A stretch of DNA of 64,000 nt, taken from NCBI GenBank assembly GCA_050949315.1, contig JBMNFL010000001.1, forward strand, positions 96,001-160,000, written 5' to 3'. Below, in pieces: positions 42,077 through 52,624 of the stretch. The notes under the pieces were generated by a model. The model made no database searches. It was not told the DNA's origin and saw only the letters and a list, made by a program, of their open reading frames with translations. Each line of letters begins with the position of its first letter. Position 1 is the stretch's first letter. This DNA comes from Bacilli bacterium (lineage in GTDB: Bacteria; Bacillota_I; Bacilli_A; RFN20; UBA1709). The translations under genes were made by a program, and so were the position numbers.

Positions 42077-42799
42077 ATGGAAGAGATAGTTAAGGGTTAT
42101 ATTTTAAGAGCAGTTCCTTACCGCGAGAATCATTTGATTGTCGATCTTTTGACAGCGGATGGCTTAGTGAGTTTTAAGGCCCGGGGGGCTTTAAAAAGCC
42201 CTAGCAAGAGTCTTTCAGCAGTTCAACTCTATAACTATGGAGAGTATCAGTTATATGCGCCACGAGAAGGAGCGAATAAAACTTTGGTAGCGGCTGAGGT
42301 TAAGGAGCGTTTACCTAGCCTTTTCAGCGATCTACAAGTCCATGTCTTACTAGCCTTACTGACAGAGACGATTTATAAGAATAAAGAGAGTGAAAACTGG
42401 TATGATGTTTTTACTTTTTTCTTTCAAAAACTTAAGGAAAAGCGGAATTTAAATGCGGTTTTTCTCGTTCTTTTAAAATACAATACCATCTATGCGGGCA
42501 GTTATCTTGGTGCCGATGGCTGTTTAGTTTGTGGGACCAGCAAAGATATCGTCAGTGTTTCTTTCCAAGATGGTGGTTTTTTGTGTGCCACTTGTTGTGA
42601 AAAACTTCGGCGTTATCGCCAAGATGCCTTATATTTACAAAATTTTCGCTATGTCGTGAAGGCCAATTATCAACAAGCCTTTACTTTTAAAGTCCCTTCA
42701 GCTGTGGCTAAGTCTTTAGCAAGTGATTTTTTTAAGCACTTAGAGAATAATTGTGGTCTTACTTTTAAATGCCGCGAATTAGTTGAAGATTGCCTATAA
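42077..42799 (+). CDS. recO: DNA repair protein RecO
   Basis: N-terminal OB fold (YRE, ARGA), Zn motif C..CG...GGFLC..C; follows era. Confidence 0.9.
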   Translation: MEEIVKGYILRAVPYRENHLIVDLLTADGLVSFKARGALKSPSKSLSAVQLYNYGEYQLYAPREGANKTLVAAEVKERLPSLFSDLQVHVLLALLTETIYKNKESENWYDVFTFFFQKLKEKRNLNAVFLVLLKYNTIYAGSYLGADGCLVCGTSKDIVSVSFQDGGFLCATCCEKLRRYRQDALYLQNFRYVVKANYQQAFTFKVPSAVAKSLASDFFKHLENNCGLTFKCRELVEDCL

Positions 42800-42874
42800 T
42801 ACACTTATAGTAGGTTGACAACCTCGCGCGCCCATCCGTATGATGGGGGATGTGCAAATGAGGTGCTTTTTATT

Positions 42875-44242
42875 ATGGAAAAAAATTTTGACAAGATTGT
42901 CAACCATGTGACAAATTCTGGTTTTCTTTATCAGGGTTCGGCCATTTATGGCGGCCTTGCTAATTCTTGGGACTATGGGCCCTTAGGTACGCATTTAAAG
43001 ATGAATATCAAAAAGCTCTGGTGGCAGAAGTTTGTTCAGGAGCAGGAACTGAATGTGGGTCTTGACAGTGCCATTTTGATGAATCCCAAGGTTTGGGAGG
43101 CTAGTGGTCATCTGGCGAATTTTGCCGATCCTTTGATGGACTGTAAAAACTGTAAAGCCCGTTTTCGGGCCGATAAATTAATTGAGGAACATGATCCAAC
43201 TATTGTCTCTGATGGTTGGTCAAATGAAAAACTTTTTGATTATATTCAAAGTCATGATATCAAATGTCCAAAGTGTGGTTCTAAAAACTTCACCGATATT
43301 CGGAAATTCCAATTGATGTTTAAAACGCATCAAGGGGTGGTTGAAGATTCTAAAAGTGAGGTTTATCTGCGTCCAGAAACCGCCCAGGGCATCTTTGTTA
43401 ATTTTAAAAATATCTTAAGGACAACACGCAAAAAAATACCCTTTGGTGTTTGCCAAATCGGTAAGGCCTTTCGTAACGAAATCACGCCAGGTAACTTTAT
43501 CTTCCGTACGCGGGAATTTGAGCAGATGGAATTAGAGTTCTTCTGTGCTCCGGGCACGGATTTAGACTGGTATCGCTACTGGAAAGATTATTGTTGGTCA
43601 TTCCTAAATTCACTGGGAATTTCCAATGAAAAATTAAGAATTCGCGAACATAGTAAAGAAGAACTGGCCCACTATTCTAAGGGAACCAGTGATATTGAAT
43701 ATCTTTTCCCCTTTGGTTGGGGTGAGGTCTGGGGTATTTCGGATCGCGGTGATTACGATTTGAGCCAGCACAGCAAGTTTTCAGGTGAAAAATTAGATTA
43801 CTTGTCCAGTGAAACTAATGAGCGTTTTGTTCCCTACGTTGTTGAACCCTCTTTAGGGGTTGATCGCTTATTATTAACCCTTTTAGTTGATGCTTATGAG
43901 GAAGAAGAATTAGAAAAAGATATGCGGATAGTGATGCGTTTCCATCCCTTGGTCGCCCCAGTTCAAGTGGCGGTTTTCCCACTTTCTAGGCAACTGAGTG
44001 AAGGCGCCAAAGAGGTTTTTAACGCCTTAACCAAACTCTATCACTGTGAATATGATGAAAGTGGTAGCATAGGCAAGCGTTATCGCCGTCAAGATGCTAT
44101 TGGAACACCCTTTTGTGTTACTTATGATTTTGAGAGTAAAGAAGATGAGGCGGTTACTGTAAGAGAAAGAGATTCGATGAAACAGGAGCGCGTTGCCATT
44201 AAAGATTTAAAAACCTATTTAGGTGAACGTTTAGTATTTTAA
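42875..44242 (+). CDS. glyQS: Glycine--tRNA ligase (alpha2, eukaryotic-type)
   Basis: YLRPETAQGIF, FRNEITPGNFIFRTREFEQME, IGKRYRRQDAIGTP. Confidence 0.97.
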   Translation: MEKNFDKIVNHVTNSGFLYQGSAIYGGLANSWDYGPLGTHLKMNIKKLWWQKFVQEQELNVGLDSAILMNPKVWEASGHLANFADPLMDCKNCKARFRADKLIEEHDPTIVSDGWSNEKLFDYIQSHDIKCPKCGSKNFTDIRKFQLMFKTHQGVVEDSKSEVYLRPETAQGIFVNFKNILRTTRKKIPFGVCQIGKAFRNEITPGNFIFRTREFEQMELEFFCAPGTDLDWYRYWKDYCWSFLNSLGISNEKLRIREHSKEELAHYSKGTSDIEYLFPFGWGEVWGISDRGDYDLSQHSKFSGEKLDYLSSETNERFVPYVVEPSLGVDRLLLTLLVDAYEEEELEKDMRIVMRFHPLVAPVQVAVFPLSRQLSEGAKEVFNALTKLYHCEYDESGSIGKRYRRQDAIGTPFCVTYDFESKEDEAVTVRERDSMKQERVAIKDLKTYLGERLVF

Positions 44243-44256
44243 GAAGGAGTGAATTG

Positions 44257-46050
44257 ATGGGCAAGGTTGATTTTGATCAAATTAGACGGCAGGTAAACAT
44301 CGTCCAAATTATCAATAATTATGTGCCTTTAGCTCGGCATGGAAGTGGCTATGTTGGGCTTTGCCCCTTTCATAATGATAAAAATCCCTCGCTTCAGGTT
44401 TCTCAAGAAAAACAAATTTATAAATGCTTCTCCTGTGGAGCAGCGGGGAATGTCTTTACTTTTGTCCAGAATTACGAAAAGATTCCCTTTATCAATGCCG
44501 TTAAGAAAGTTTGTGATATCGCCGGTCTTAAGGTTGAAGGTTTGGAAGAGAAAGAAGAAGGGCCTAGTTTTAGTCGCTTAGAAACTAAACTTATGCAACT
44601 GCTTCAAGATTTGACCATTTATTATAACTACCAGTTGAAGGTCGATATTGGAAGCGAGGCCCTAAGTTATCTTCACTCTCGCGGTTTAACTGATAAAGAA
44701 ATTGAGGATTTTAAAATTGGTTTTGCGCCCTCTGATGGCCATCTTACGGTTAAGTTTTTGCAGAGCAAAGCTTACAGCCTTGATGAGATTATCAGTGCTG
44801 GTGTTGGGGTGGAGATTAGTCCAGGTGAAGTGGTTGATCGCTTAAGAGGACGTCTTATTTTCCCACTAACAGATACTTATGGTCGCCCTATTGCTTACAG
44901 TGGTCGCCGCTTAAAGAAAGAAGATAGCGAGCAGAAATATATCAATACACCTGAAACTTTACTGTTTCATAAGAGCGATGTCCTTTATAACTATCAGCAA
45001 GCCCTTAATCATGCTCGTCAGGAAGAAGCGGTCTATGTGGTTGAGGGGTTTATGGATGCTATCACTCTAACAAGGGTGGGTTTAAAGGCCGTGGTGGCCA
45101 CGATGGGCACGGCTTTAACTAATGAACACTTGCGATTGTTGCAGTCCTTAAGAAGCGAGATTCGTCTTTTCTTTGATGCTGATAAAGCGGGAGCAACGGC
45201 TACTTATCGCACATTAGAGGCTCTGAGTCGTACGCGCTTGAAGGTAAGGGTTGTTAAACCTTTAGTGGGAGTTAAAGATATTGATGAACTCTATCAAACT
45301 AAAGGTGCGGCTGCCGTTACTAAGGCTGCTAAAGAGACGATGGGTGCCATTGATTTTGTCCTTTACTATTTAGAAGGACAGCATAACTTAGAAAATCATG
45401 AGGATTGCAAGCGATACCTTAATAAAGCGAGCACTTATCTAGCCGGTTCCCAGATTGATGATCTGGATCGTGAACATTATATTAATTTACTGAGTCAGAA
45501 GACCAAGTTTAGTAAAACTTTGATTCAACGTTTAGTTAAGGGGGTCCTTTCCAAAGCGGATAGTAAGATGGAGAAGGTCTTAACTAGCAATAGAATTAAA
45601 AGTCAAAGGCAGAGCAAGAATCTCAATCGTTTTGAACAGGCCGATCATCAGATTATTCAATTACTACTAACTGATGGTTGGAATATTGTAAAGTTTGATA
45701 GTCTTGGCATTTCTTTGTATTCTAAGATGTGTCGCGATTTAGCCTCATTGATTGTCCAAAAATATTGTGAGTCAAAAGGTGATAAAAAGGTGGAACTAGC
45801 GGATCTTTATAGCGCGATGCCCCAAGAGATGATCACCTTAGTAAACCAAATTATGAGTGAATCTTATCCCCCCTCAAGCTTAGATGAATTAGCTAAAGTG
45901 GTGGTGGATGATTTGGCCTCTAAACGCCATGAAAAGAGTTTAGAACAGCAGATTTTAGAAGTTGATGATTTAAAAAAGCAGACGGAATTAGCCGAAGAAC
46001 TAATTAATAAACGTCGGCTTAAAAGTAGAAGAATTAATAAGGAGGATTAA
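44257..46050 (+). CDS. dnaG: DNA primase
   Basis: CPFH..K.PS, CFSCG, KYINTPET, VEGFMD, FDADKAG. Confidence 0.98.
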   Translation: MGKVDFDQIRRQVNIVQIINNYVPLARHGSGYVGLCPFHNDKNPSLQVSQEKQIYKCFSCGAAGNVFTFVQNYEKIPFINAVKKVCDIAGLKVEGLEEKEEGPSFSRLETKLMQLLQDLTIYYNYQLKVDIGSEALSYLHSRGLTDKEIEDFKIGFAPSDGHLTVKFLQSKAYSLDEIISAGVGVEISPGEVVDRLRGRLIFPLTDTYGRPIAYSGRRLKKEDSEQKYINTPETLLFHKSDVLYNYQQALNHARQEEAVYVVEGFMDAITLTRVGLKAVVATMGTALTNEHLRLLQSLRSEIRLFFDADKAGATATYRTLEALSRTRLKVRVVKPLVGVKDIDELYQTKGAAAVTKAAKETMGAIDFVLYYLEGQHNLENHEDCKRYLNKASTYLAGSQIDDLDREHYINLLSQKTKFSKTLIQRLVKGVLSKADSKMEKVLTSNRIKSQRQSKNLNRFEQADHQIIQLLLTDGWNIVKFDSLGISLYSKMCRDLASLIVQKYCESKGDKKVELADLYSAMPQEMITLVNQIMSESYPPSSLDELAKVVVDDLASKRHEKSLEQQILEVDDLKKQTELAEELINKRRLKSRRINKED

Positions 46051-46056
46051 AAGAAT

Positions 46057-47289
46057 ATGGCAGAGTTAACAAAACGTGATTATGATGATGAGGTTGAGAG
46101 TTTAGAAGAGATTATTAAGCGCTTTGATAAACTGGCCAAACTCAAGGGGAATGAGATTATTTTAAGTGACTTAAACGAGGCGGTCGCCCAGTTTGATTTG
46201 ACTGACGAGGAAAATGATGAGCTTTTAAAACACTTCACCGATCAAGGTATAACCATCGTGAACGATGATTTAGATGAAGAGACATCCTTGGATGATATTG
46301 ATGCTGATTTAGCCAATCTAGATGATATCCCTGAAGCCGATGTTGATGATGATCTTGACGACCAAGCCCTTGAAGATAAGGAGCGTCTTTCCTATATTGA
46401 GGAGGTCTTAATTGATCCGGTTTCCTCTTCCTTGCAAACCGATGTTAAGATCAATGATCCTGTTAAGATGTATTTGAAAGAAATTGGTCGTGTTCCTTTA
46501 CTTGACAAGGAAAGTGAGGTCGCCTTAGCTGAAAGAGTGGCGCAGGGCGATGAAGAGGCCAAAAATATTTTGATTTCCTCCAACCTGCGTTTAGTGGTTT
46601 CCATTGCTAAACATTATATTGGTCGCGGAATGTTGTTTTTGGACTTAATCCAAGAAGGAAATCTTGGTCTAATCAAAGCCAGTGAGAAGTTTGATCCATC
46701 TAAGGGTTTTAAGTTTTCAACTTATGCGACTTGGTGGATTCGTCAAGCGATAACTAGAGCGATTGCTGATCAGGCAAGAACCATTCGGATTCCCGTTCAC
46801 ATGGTTGAAACAATTAACAAGATGACTAAGGTTCAACGGGCTTTGGTTCAAGAATTAGGTCGGGATCCAACTGCGGAAGAAATCGCTGAAAAAATGGGCT
46901 CAGGCACTACACCTGAGCGGGTGCGGGAGATTCAAAGAATTGCTTTAGAACCTGTCTCTTTAGAAACCCCAATTGGTGAAGAAGATGATTCGCATCTAGG
47001 TGATTTTATTGAAGATAAGGATGCGATTTCCCCAGCCGAATATGCAACTAATGAATTATTAAAAGATGAACTCTATAAGGTCATGGGCGATTTAACCGAT
47101 CGGGAAGAACGAGTCTTACGTTTACGCTATGGTCTAGACGATGGTAGACCTCGGACTTTAGAAGAGGTTGGCAAAGAATTTGGTGTTACTAGAGAAAGAA
47201 TTCGGCAGATTGAAGCCAAGGCTTTGCGCAAGTTACGTCATCCCTTACGGAAACCGCGTTTAAGTGATTATTATCGGGGGAGTCGTTAA
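46057..47289 (+). CDS. rpoD: RNA polymerase sigma factor RpoD/SigA
   Basis: [51 protein letters not shown]. Confidence 0.99.
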   Translation: MAELTKRDYDDEVESLEEIIKRFDKLAKLKGNEIILSDLNEAVAQFDLTDEENDELLKHFTDQGITIVNDDLDEETSLDDIDADLANLDDIPEADVDDDLDDQALEDKERLSYIEEVLIDPVSSSLQTDVKINDPVKMYLKEIGRVPLLDKESEVALAERVAQGDEEAKNILISSNLRLVVSIAKHYIGRGMLFLDLIQEGNLGLIKASEKFDPSKGFKFSTYATWWIRQAITRAIADQARTIRIPVHMVETINKMTKVQRALVQELGRDPTAEEIAEKMGSGTTPERVREIQRIALEPVSLETPIGEEDDSHLGDFIEDKDAISPAEYATNELLKDELYKVMGDLTDREERVLRLRYGLDDGRPRTLEEVGKEFGVTRERIRQIEAKALRKLRHPLRKPRLSDYYRGSR

Positions 47290-47954
47290 TGCTTTTATCT
47301 TTGCGCCTGCAAAGAGCCTATGAATTTTTAGAGCCCGAACTGGTTTTAGCTGATGTGGGCTGTGATCATGCTTTTTTAGCTATAGAGGCGGTTTTGCGTT
47401 CCAAAATTACTAAAGCTTATGCGATTGATAATAAAAAAGAACCGCTTAAAAGAGCCGAGCAAAATATTCGCTTCGCAGGCTTGGAAAATCAAGTTTTCCC
47501 CTTGTTAAATGATGGTTTAGAGAATTTACCCAAGGATGTTAGACAACTCAGTATCTGTGGTCTTGGTGGCGGCCTTATCGCCAGCATTCTTGATCATGAA
47601 AAAATCAAACAAATACAAGTTCTTGTTTTAGGCACTAATAAGGATGCCTTATTAATTAGAAAGAAATTAGAGGAACTGAAGTTTCAAATTATTGATGAAG
47701 ATATAGTTTATGAAGATGGTGTTTTTTATGAACTTATCAAGGCGATTCCGGGAGAAAGCAGGCTTGATGAACGCGAACTTTATTTTGGACCGATTTTACG
47801 AAAAACCAAGAGCAAAGTTTTTGTTTCAAAATGGAAAAAGTATCTAGATTATCTTGAAAAAATCTATTCCAAAGTTCCTGAAAAACATCAAGAAAAACGT
47901 TTTAGTTTGGCTCAAGAAATCCAATTAATAGAAGAGGAGATTAATGATTTATAA
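47289..47954 (+). CDS. trmK: tRNA (adenine(22)-N1)-methyltransferase
   Basis: ADVGCDHA, DGL, ICGLGG.LI, FGP; follows rpoD. Confidence 0.92.
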   Translation: MLLSLRLQRAYEFLEPELVLADVGCDHAFLAIEAVLRSKITKAYAIDNKKEPLKRAEQNIRFAGLENQVFPLLNDGLENLPKDVRQLSICGLGGGLIASILDHEKIKQIQVLVLGTNKDALLIRKKLEELKFQIIDEDIVYEDGVFYELIKAIPGESRLDERELYFGPILRKTKSKVFVSKWKKYLDYLEKIYSKVPEKHQEKRFSLAQEIQLIEEEINDL

Positions 47955-47956
47955 AA

Positions 47957-49321
47957 ATGAATTTCCAAGATTTAAAGTTATGTAAAACGAGTTTAGAATG
48001 TTTAGAAGACTTAGGTTTTAAGGTGCCCACTGCTATACAAAGCACAGTTATTCCTTTGGTATTAAAAGGCCAAAATATCTGTGGACGCAGTCCAACGGGC
48101 TCCGGTAAAACCCATGCTTTTCTGTTGCCGATTTTGGAAAAAATCGACCTTAATAGTTCGACTTTACAGGCTTTGATTTTGGTGCCTACTAGGGAACTTG
48201 CTCGGCAGATTTTTGAGATGCTAAAACCCTTTTGCAAAGCTTTTACTGACTTAAGAGTACAGTTGCTTGTAAGTGGTAGCGATAGGCAGAAGAGTATTGA
48301 GGAACTTAAGAAGAATCCTCACATAATTATTGGAACACCAGGAAGAGTTACGGATCTAGCCTTTGATGCCGCCCTTTTTGCTTTTACCAATTTAAAAATC
48401 TGTGTCCTTGATGAAGCCGATATGATTTTAGAGAGTGGTTTTTTACCAGAACTCGGTCAAATTTTAGGGGTCTTAAAAGAGACAACGCAAATTCTCTGTT
48501 TTAGCGCCTCATTGCCTGAACAATTACTACATTTTTTAAATAAATATGTAAGACATCTTCAATATATCAATTTAGCGGGCGAGGCCATTACTGCTCCTAA
48601 CGTTTCACATATCGCCTATCCTACACGTCACCGTGATCGTTTGGAAATCTTGGATACATTATTAAAACAAATCAATCCCTATCTAGCCTTAATTTTCGCT
48701 AGTCGGAAAGAAAATGTCGTTAAGATTTATCAATATCTTTTAAATAAGAACTATGATGTGGCGATGATTCATGGCGACTTAAGTGCCACCAGTCGACGGA
48801 CAACGATGAAACGCATTCGGGCTGGGCGCTATCCGATTGTGGTTGCTAGTGATATGGCAGCTCGCGGTTTAGATCTAGAAGGGGTGAGCCAGGTTATCAA
48901 CTATGATTTACCTTATGAGGAAGATTTTTATTTCCATCGGGCGGGTAGGACAGGACGTCATCAAGCCACGGGGCTCTGTTATACTCTTTATGATAAAGAT
49001 GATCTTGATAAGTTGCTTTCCCTTAGCAAAAGGGGTGTGGATTTTCTCCATCAAGAACTAGTTGAAGGTCGTTGGCAGGAACTTAAACCCCTGGTTAAGA
49101 AAAGACCGACCAAGCGAATAACTATGGATAGTGAGATACAAAAAGTCATTAGTCGTCATAAGAAGGGTGTCGTTAAACCAAATTATAAGAAAAAACTTAA
49201 GCAGGAAATTGATGAAATTAAAAGGAAACAAAGACGAGCAATTATTAAAAAAGACATACAACGGCAAAAAAATGAACGTTATCGACAGGTAGCTAAGCAG
49301 AAAAAAGAAAGCCAATTATAA
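47957..49321 (+). CDS. cshB: DEAD-box RNA helicase (CshB-like)
   Basis: TGSGKT, PTRELA, DEAD, ARGLD, HRAGRTGR, C-terminal VKPNYKKK. Confidence 0.85.
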   Translation: MNFQDLKLCKTSLECLEDLGFKVPTAIQSTVIPLVLKGQNICGRSPTGSGKTHAFLLPILEKIDLNSSTLQALILVPTRELARQIFEMLKPFCKAFTDLRVQLLVSGSDRQKSIEELKKNPHIIIGTPGRVTDLAFDAALFAFTNLKICVLDEADMILESGFLPELGQILGVLKETTQILCFSASLPEQLLHFLNKYVRHLQYINLAGEAITAPNVSHIAYPTRHRDRLEILDTLLKQINPYLALIFASRKENVVKIYQYLLNKNYDVAMIHGDLSATSRRTTMKRIRAGRYPIVVASDMAARGLDLEGVSQVINYDLPYEEDFYFHRAGRTGRHQATGLCYTLYDKDDLDKLLSLSKRGVDFLHQELVEGRWQELKPLVKKRPTKRITMDSEIQKVISRHKKGVVKPNYKKKLKQEIDEIKRKQRRAIIKKDIQRQKNERYRQVAKQKKESQL

Positions 49322-49408
49322 CTATAAACCAGTGATTATAATGGCTTTTTTTGTTAAAAACACGAATACTCATTCACAATGTTCCGCGTGCGTACGCGAT
49401 AGTTTTGT

Positions 49409-49456
49409 TTGACAATGTCAATTTTTATTGTAAAATAATAGTTGTAAACGCTTTCG
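49409..49456 (+). promoter_or_regulatory. ato operon promoter and cre (CcpA) site
   Basis: TTGACA (49409)...TAAAAT (49431); TGTAAACGCTTTCG at 49443-49456 matches the cre consensus TGWAANCGNTNWCA. Confidence 0.75.
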
Positions 49457-49496
49457 TTAGTTTATTCCAAAAGTGCTTGTAGAAGGAGGGTAAAAA

Positions 49497-50207
49497 ATGA
49501 AAAACAAGATTATTACTAAGGAAGAAGCTAGCAAACTATTCAAAGATGGTATGACAGTTATGATTGGTGGTTTCTTAGCCGCTGGTTCTTCAAAGGTTGT
49601 TGTTGAAGCCTGTAGAATGTCCGGTGCTAAGAATTTGACAGTCATCTGCAACGATGGCGGTCAGGGTGCTGGTGGGCCCAACGGACCCGAAGGCGCTGGC
49701 GTCTTAATTGCAAGTGGCCAAGTCAAAAAACTAATCGCAACCCATATCGGTTTGAATCCAACTGTTGGCCAAATGATGAATGAAGGTACAATGGAAGTTG
49801 AATTATCACCCCAAGGTACCATGGCCGAAAGAATCAGAGCCGGTGGTTCAGGTCTCGGCGGTGTTCTAACACCAACAGGACTAGGAACCTGGGTCGAAAA
49901 CGATGGTTTACTAACATCGCATGGCGTTGTTGGTCCAAAGAAACCAGTCGTTGAAGTCAATGGAGTCAAGTATCTACTTGAGAAACCACTACATGCCGAT
50001 GTCGCAATACTCCATGGTGGTAAAGTTGATGAAATTGGTAACGTTATTTATAACAAAACCAACCGTAACTTCAACCCCTTAATGGCTTTTGCCGCGGATG
50101 TCGTCATTGTCGGAGCTAAGGAGCTCTATAAACGTGGTGAACTCGATCCCGATGCTATCGTTACTCCAAGCGTCTTAGTTGATTATATCGTAAAGGAGGA
50201 AGAATAA
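49497..50207 (+). CDS. atoD: Acetate/acetoacetate CoA-transferase subunit A
   Basis: DGMTVMIGGF, SPQGTMAERIRAGGSG, RNFNPLMA. Confidence 0.9.
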   Translation: MKNKIITKEEASKLFKDGMTVMIGGFLAAGSSKVVVEACRMSGAKNLTVICNDGGQGAGGPNGPEGAGVLIASGQVKKLIATHIGLNPTVGQMMNEGTMEVELSPQGTMAERIRAGGSGLGGVLTPTGLGTWVENDGLLTSHGVVGPKKPVVEVNGVKYLLEKPLHADVAILHGGKVDEIGNVIYNKTNRNFNPLMAFAADVVIVGAKELYKRGELDPDAIVTPSVLVDYIVKEEE

Positions 50208-50209
50208 TT

Positions 50210-50857
50210 ATGACACCGAGAGAATTAATCGCGCGCAGAGTTGCTAAAATGCTGAGCGATGGGGATTTTGTCAACTTAGGTATTGGTTTACCAACCGATG
50301 TTGCCAACTATATTCCAGAAGGTACTGAAGTTATTTTCCAATCCGAAAATGGTATGGTCGGTTTGGGTCCAAAAGATCCAGACAACATTGATCCTGAGCT
50401 CTGTAACGCTGGCGGTCAACCTGTCACCATGGTCACAGGTGGTTGCTTCTTTGATTCCGCTACATCCTTTGCTCTCATCAGAGGTGGACACGTTGACTAC
50501 ACAGTCTTAGGTGCCCTCGAAGTTGATGAGCATGGAAATCTATCTAACTGGGTTGTCCCCGGCAAGATGGTTCCAGGTATGGGCGGCGCTATGGATTTAG
50601 TTATTGGTGCCAAAACGGTTGTTATCGCTATGACACACACCCAAAAAGGCGCTCACAAAATCCTAGCAAAGTGTACACTACCTTATACGGCTCTTGCTCA
50701 AGTCGACGTTATTGTCACCGAGCTTGGCTTTATGAGAGTTACACCCAAGGGCATTGTCGTTGAAGAGTTAGCAGAAGGTGTCACGAGAGAACAAATTCAA
50801 GAGGCTACCGGCTGCAAATTACACTTTGCCGACAAGGTCAAAGTCATGAAAGTCTAA
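50210..50857 (+). CDS. atoA: Acetate/acetoacetate CoA-transferase subunit B
   Basis: VNLGIGLPT, catalytic QSENG, GMGGAMDL. Confidence 0.9.
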   Translation: MTPRELIARRVAKMLSDGDFVNLGIGLPTDVANYIPEGTEVIFQSENGMVGLGPKDPDNIDPELCNAGGQPVTMVTGGCFFDSATSFALIRGGHVDYTVLGALEVDEHGNLSNWVVPGKMVPGMGGAMDLVIGAKTVVIAMTHTQKGAHKILAKCTLPYTALAQVDVIVTELGFMRVTPKGIVVEELAEGVTREQIQEATGCKLHFADKVKVMKV

Positions 50858-51041
50858 AAAATTAGATTTCTGATTGCTTGAGTCTAGGGAATGTTTCCCA
50901 TAATTAGGGCTGGAACTCGCTTTTATATCTCACTGGCGCGTTTGCTGGCTGGTAATTCTACCGCTCAAGCACATAACTAATCACATTCTTGATGATTAGA
51001 AATACTAAATTATTTAATTAATTTACAAGGGAGAAAAATTT

Positions 51042-52523
51042 ATGAGAAAATTTATCGATAAGTTTGTCGATGGTGCTGTAGGACTCGTCAATAAGTTTTT
51101 ACCAGACGCGTTTATTTTCGCATCCATCTTGACATTCGTCTGTATGCTTTTCGCAATCATAGTGATGTTTAGCTTTGAAACTCCTTCCAAAAACCTTAAG
51201 GGAGACGGCGAGGCTACCTTCTTAGGTAAGTTCACCGCTTTAATCTTCCACGGTTGGTATGGTGGTTTCTGGAGCTTACTAGGCTTCTCAATGCAGATGT
51301 CTCTAATTATCGTCACTGGTGACATTTTTGCGAACACACCACAAATGAAGAAAGTTATGACAGCCCTTGCCAGAATTCCAAAGAACCCTGGTCAAGCCGT
51401 TGCTTTTGAAGCTTTCTTCTCAATCTTTGTCGCCTTCTTCCAATGGGGTGCGGCCTTGATTATGTCAGCCATGCTTGCTAAAGACATTGCAAGGAACGTT
51501 CCTGGAACACACTTCGCTCTGTTGGTCGCTTGTGGATACCTCGGTTTGGGTATGTGGCACGGTGGCTTCTCTGGTTCAATTCCACTACAATTGCCAGATG
51601 CTGAATATATCACTCTAGATCCTGCCCACCCCCCAATGCAGATTCCATTTAAGTACACCTTATTCGCTGGATACAACCTATTCAACTACATTGGTGGTAT
51701 GATTATTCTTCCATTGATGTTCTTAGGTCTCCATCCGAAAGCCGATAAGACAGTTGTCTGTGATCCTGCAATTTTAGTTGAAGAAGAAGAAGTTGTCGAA
51801 AAAGAAGTACCAAAAGAGGAGCAATATATTAACTACAAGTTAAATAGAGCCTATTGGGTTAACTATGGTATGGTCGTTATCGGCTTCATTGCAATTATCT
51901 GCTACTTTGTCAGATTAATTGGAAGACCCTTTAGCCTTGATATCAGCTTTGTTAACGCACTCTTCCTCTTTATCGCTATGGCCTTACACGGTAGACCCAA
52001 TAAGGTCATCGAGGCAGTTGGAAAAGCTGTTCCAGGTGCCGCTGGTGTTATTCTCCAATTCCCCTTCTACGGTGGAATTGCTGGTTTGATGGTCTACGAA
52101 GGTGGCTATGCCACTAACGATTCTCTAGCCGAAGTTGTCTCCAACTTCTTCGTTGAGATTTCCACCCCCACCACCTATACGTTATTGACCTTCTTCTCAG
52201 CTGGTCTAATTAACTTCTTTATTCCATCTGGTGGTAGCCAATGGAAGGTCCAAGGTCCAATTGTCATGCCTGCTGCTAACAAGATGGCCTTAACCGAGTA
52301 CAAGGGTGGCGTCGCTTACGGTTCTGAAGACTACAAAGCCTACTTAGGAAAATCAGCCTTAGCGCTTGCTTGGGGTGACTCCTGGACGAACTTAATTCAA
52401 CCGTTCTGGGCCTTACCACTATTAGCCATTGCTCACTTAGAAGCTAAAGACATCATGGGTTACTGTGTACTTGCCTTGATTGTCTTGGGTGTCTGGGTTA
52501 GTATCGGTTTCTTAATTCTCTAA
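51042..52523 (+). CDS. atoE: Short-chain fatty acid transporter
   Basis: LPDAFIFA, GFWSLLGFSMQM, WHGGFSGS.PL, QFPFYGGI, PSGGSQW.VQGP, WTNLIQPFWALP. Confidence 0.93.
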   Translation: MRKFIDKFVDGAVGLVNKFLPDAFIFASILTFVCMLFAIIVMFSFETPSKNLKGDGEATFLGKFTALIFHGWYGGFWSLLGFSMQMSLIIVTGDIFANTPQMKKVMTALARIPKNPGQAVAFEAFFSIFVAFFQWGAALIMSAMLAKDIARNVPGTHFALLVACGYLGLGMWHGGFSGSIPLQLPDAEYITLDPAHPPMQIPFKYTLFAGYNLFNYIGGMIILPLMFLGLHPKADKTVVCDPAILVEEEEVVEKEVPKEEQYINYKLNRAYWVNYGMVVIGFIAIICYFVRLIGRPFSLDISFVNALFLFIAMALHGRPNKVIEAVGKAVPGAAGVILQFPFYGGIAGLMVYEGGYATNDSLAEVVSNFFVEISTPTTYTLLTFFSAGLINFFIPSGGSQWKVQGPIVMPAANKMALTEYKGGVAYGSEDYKAYLGKSALALAWGDSWTNLIQPFWALPLLAIAHLEAKDIMGYCVLALIVLGVWVSIGFLIL

Positions 52524-52624
52524 TTTTTAGAAGAATCAAAAAAACTATTATTAAATTTAGGTTTGCCCAGTTAATTGCAAACTGGGCAAGCCTTTAACAA
52601 AACTAAAGGAGATGCAATAGATTT

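Noticed and set aside
46240-46380. Asp-rich low-complexity stretch in RpoD
   Set aside because: Ordinary acidic linker after region 1.1
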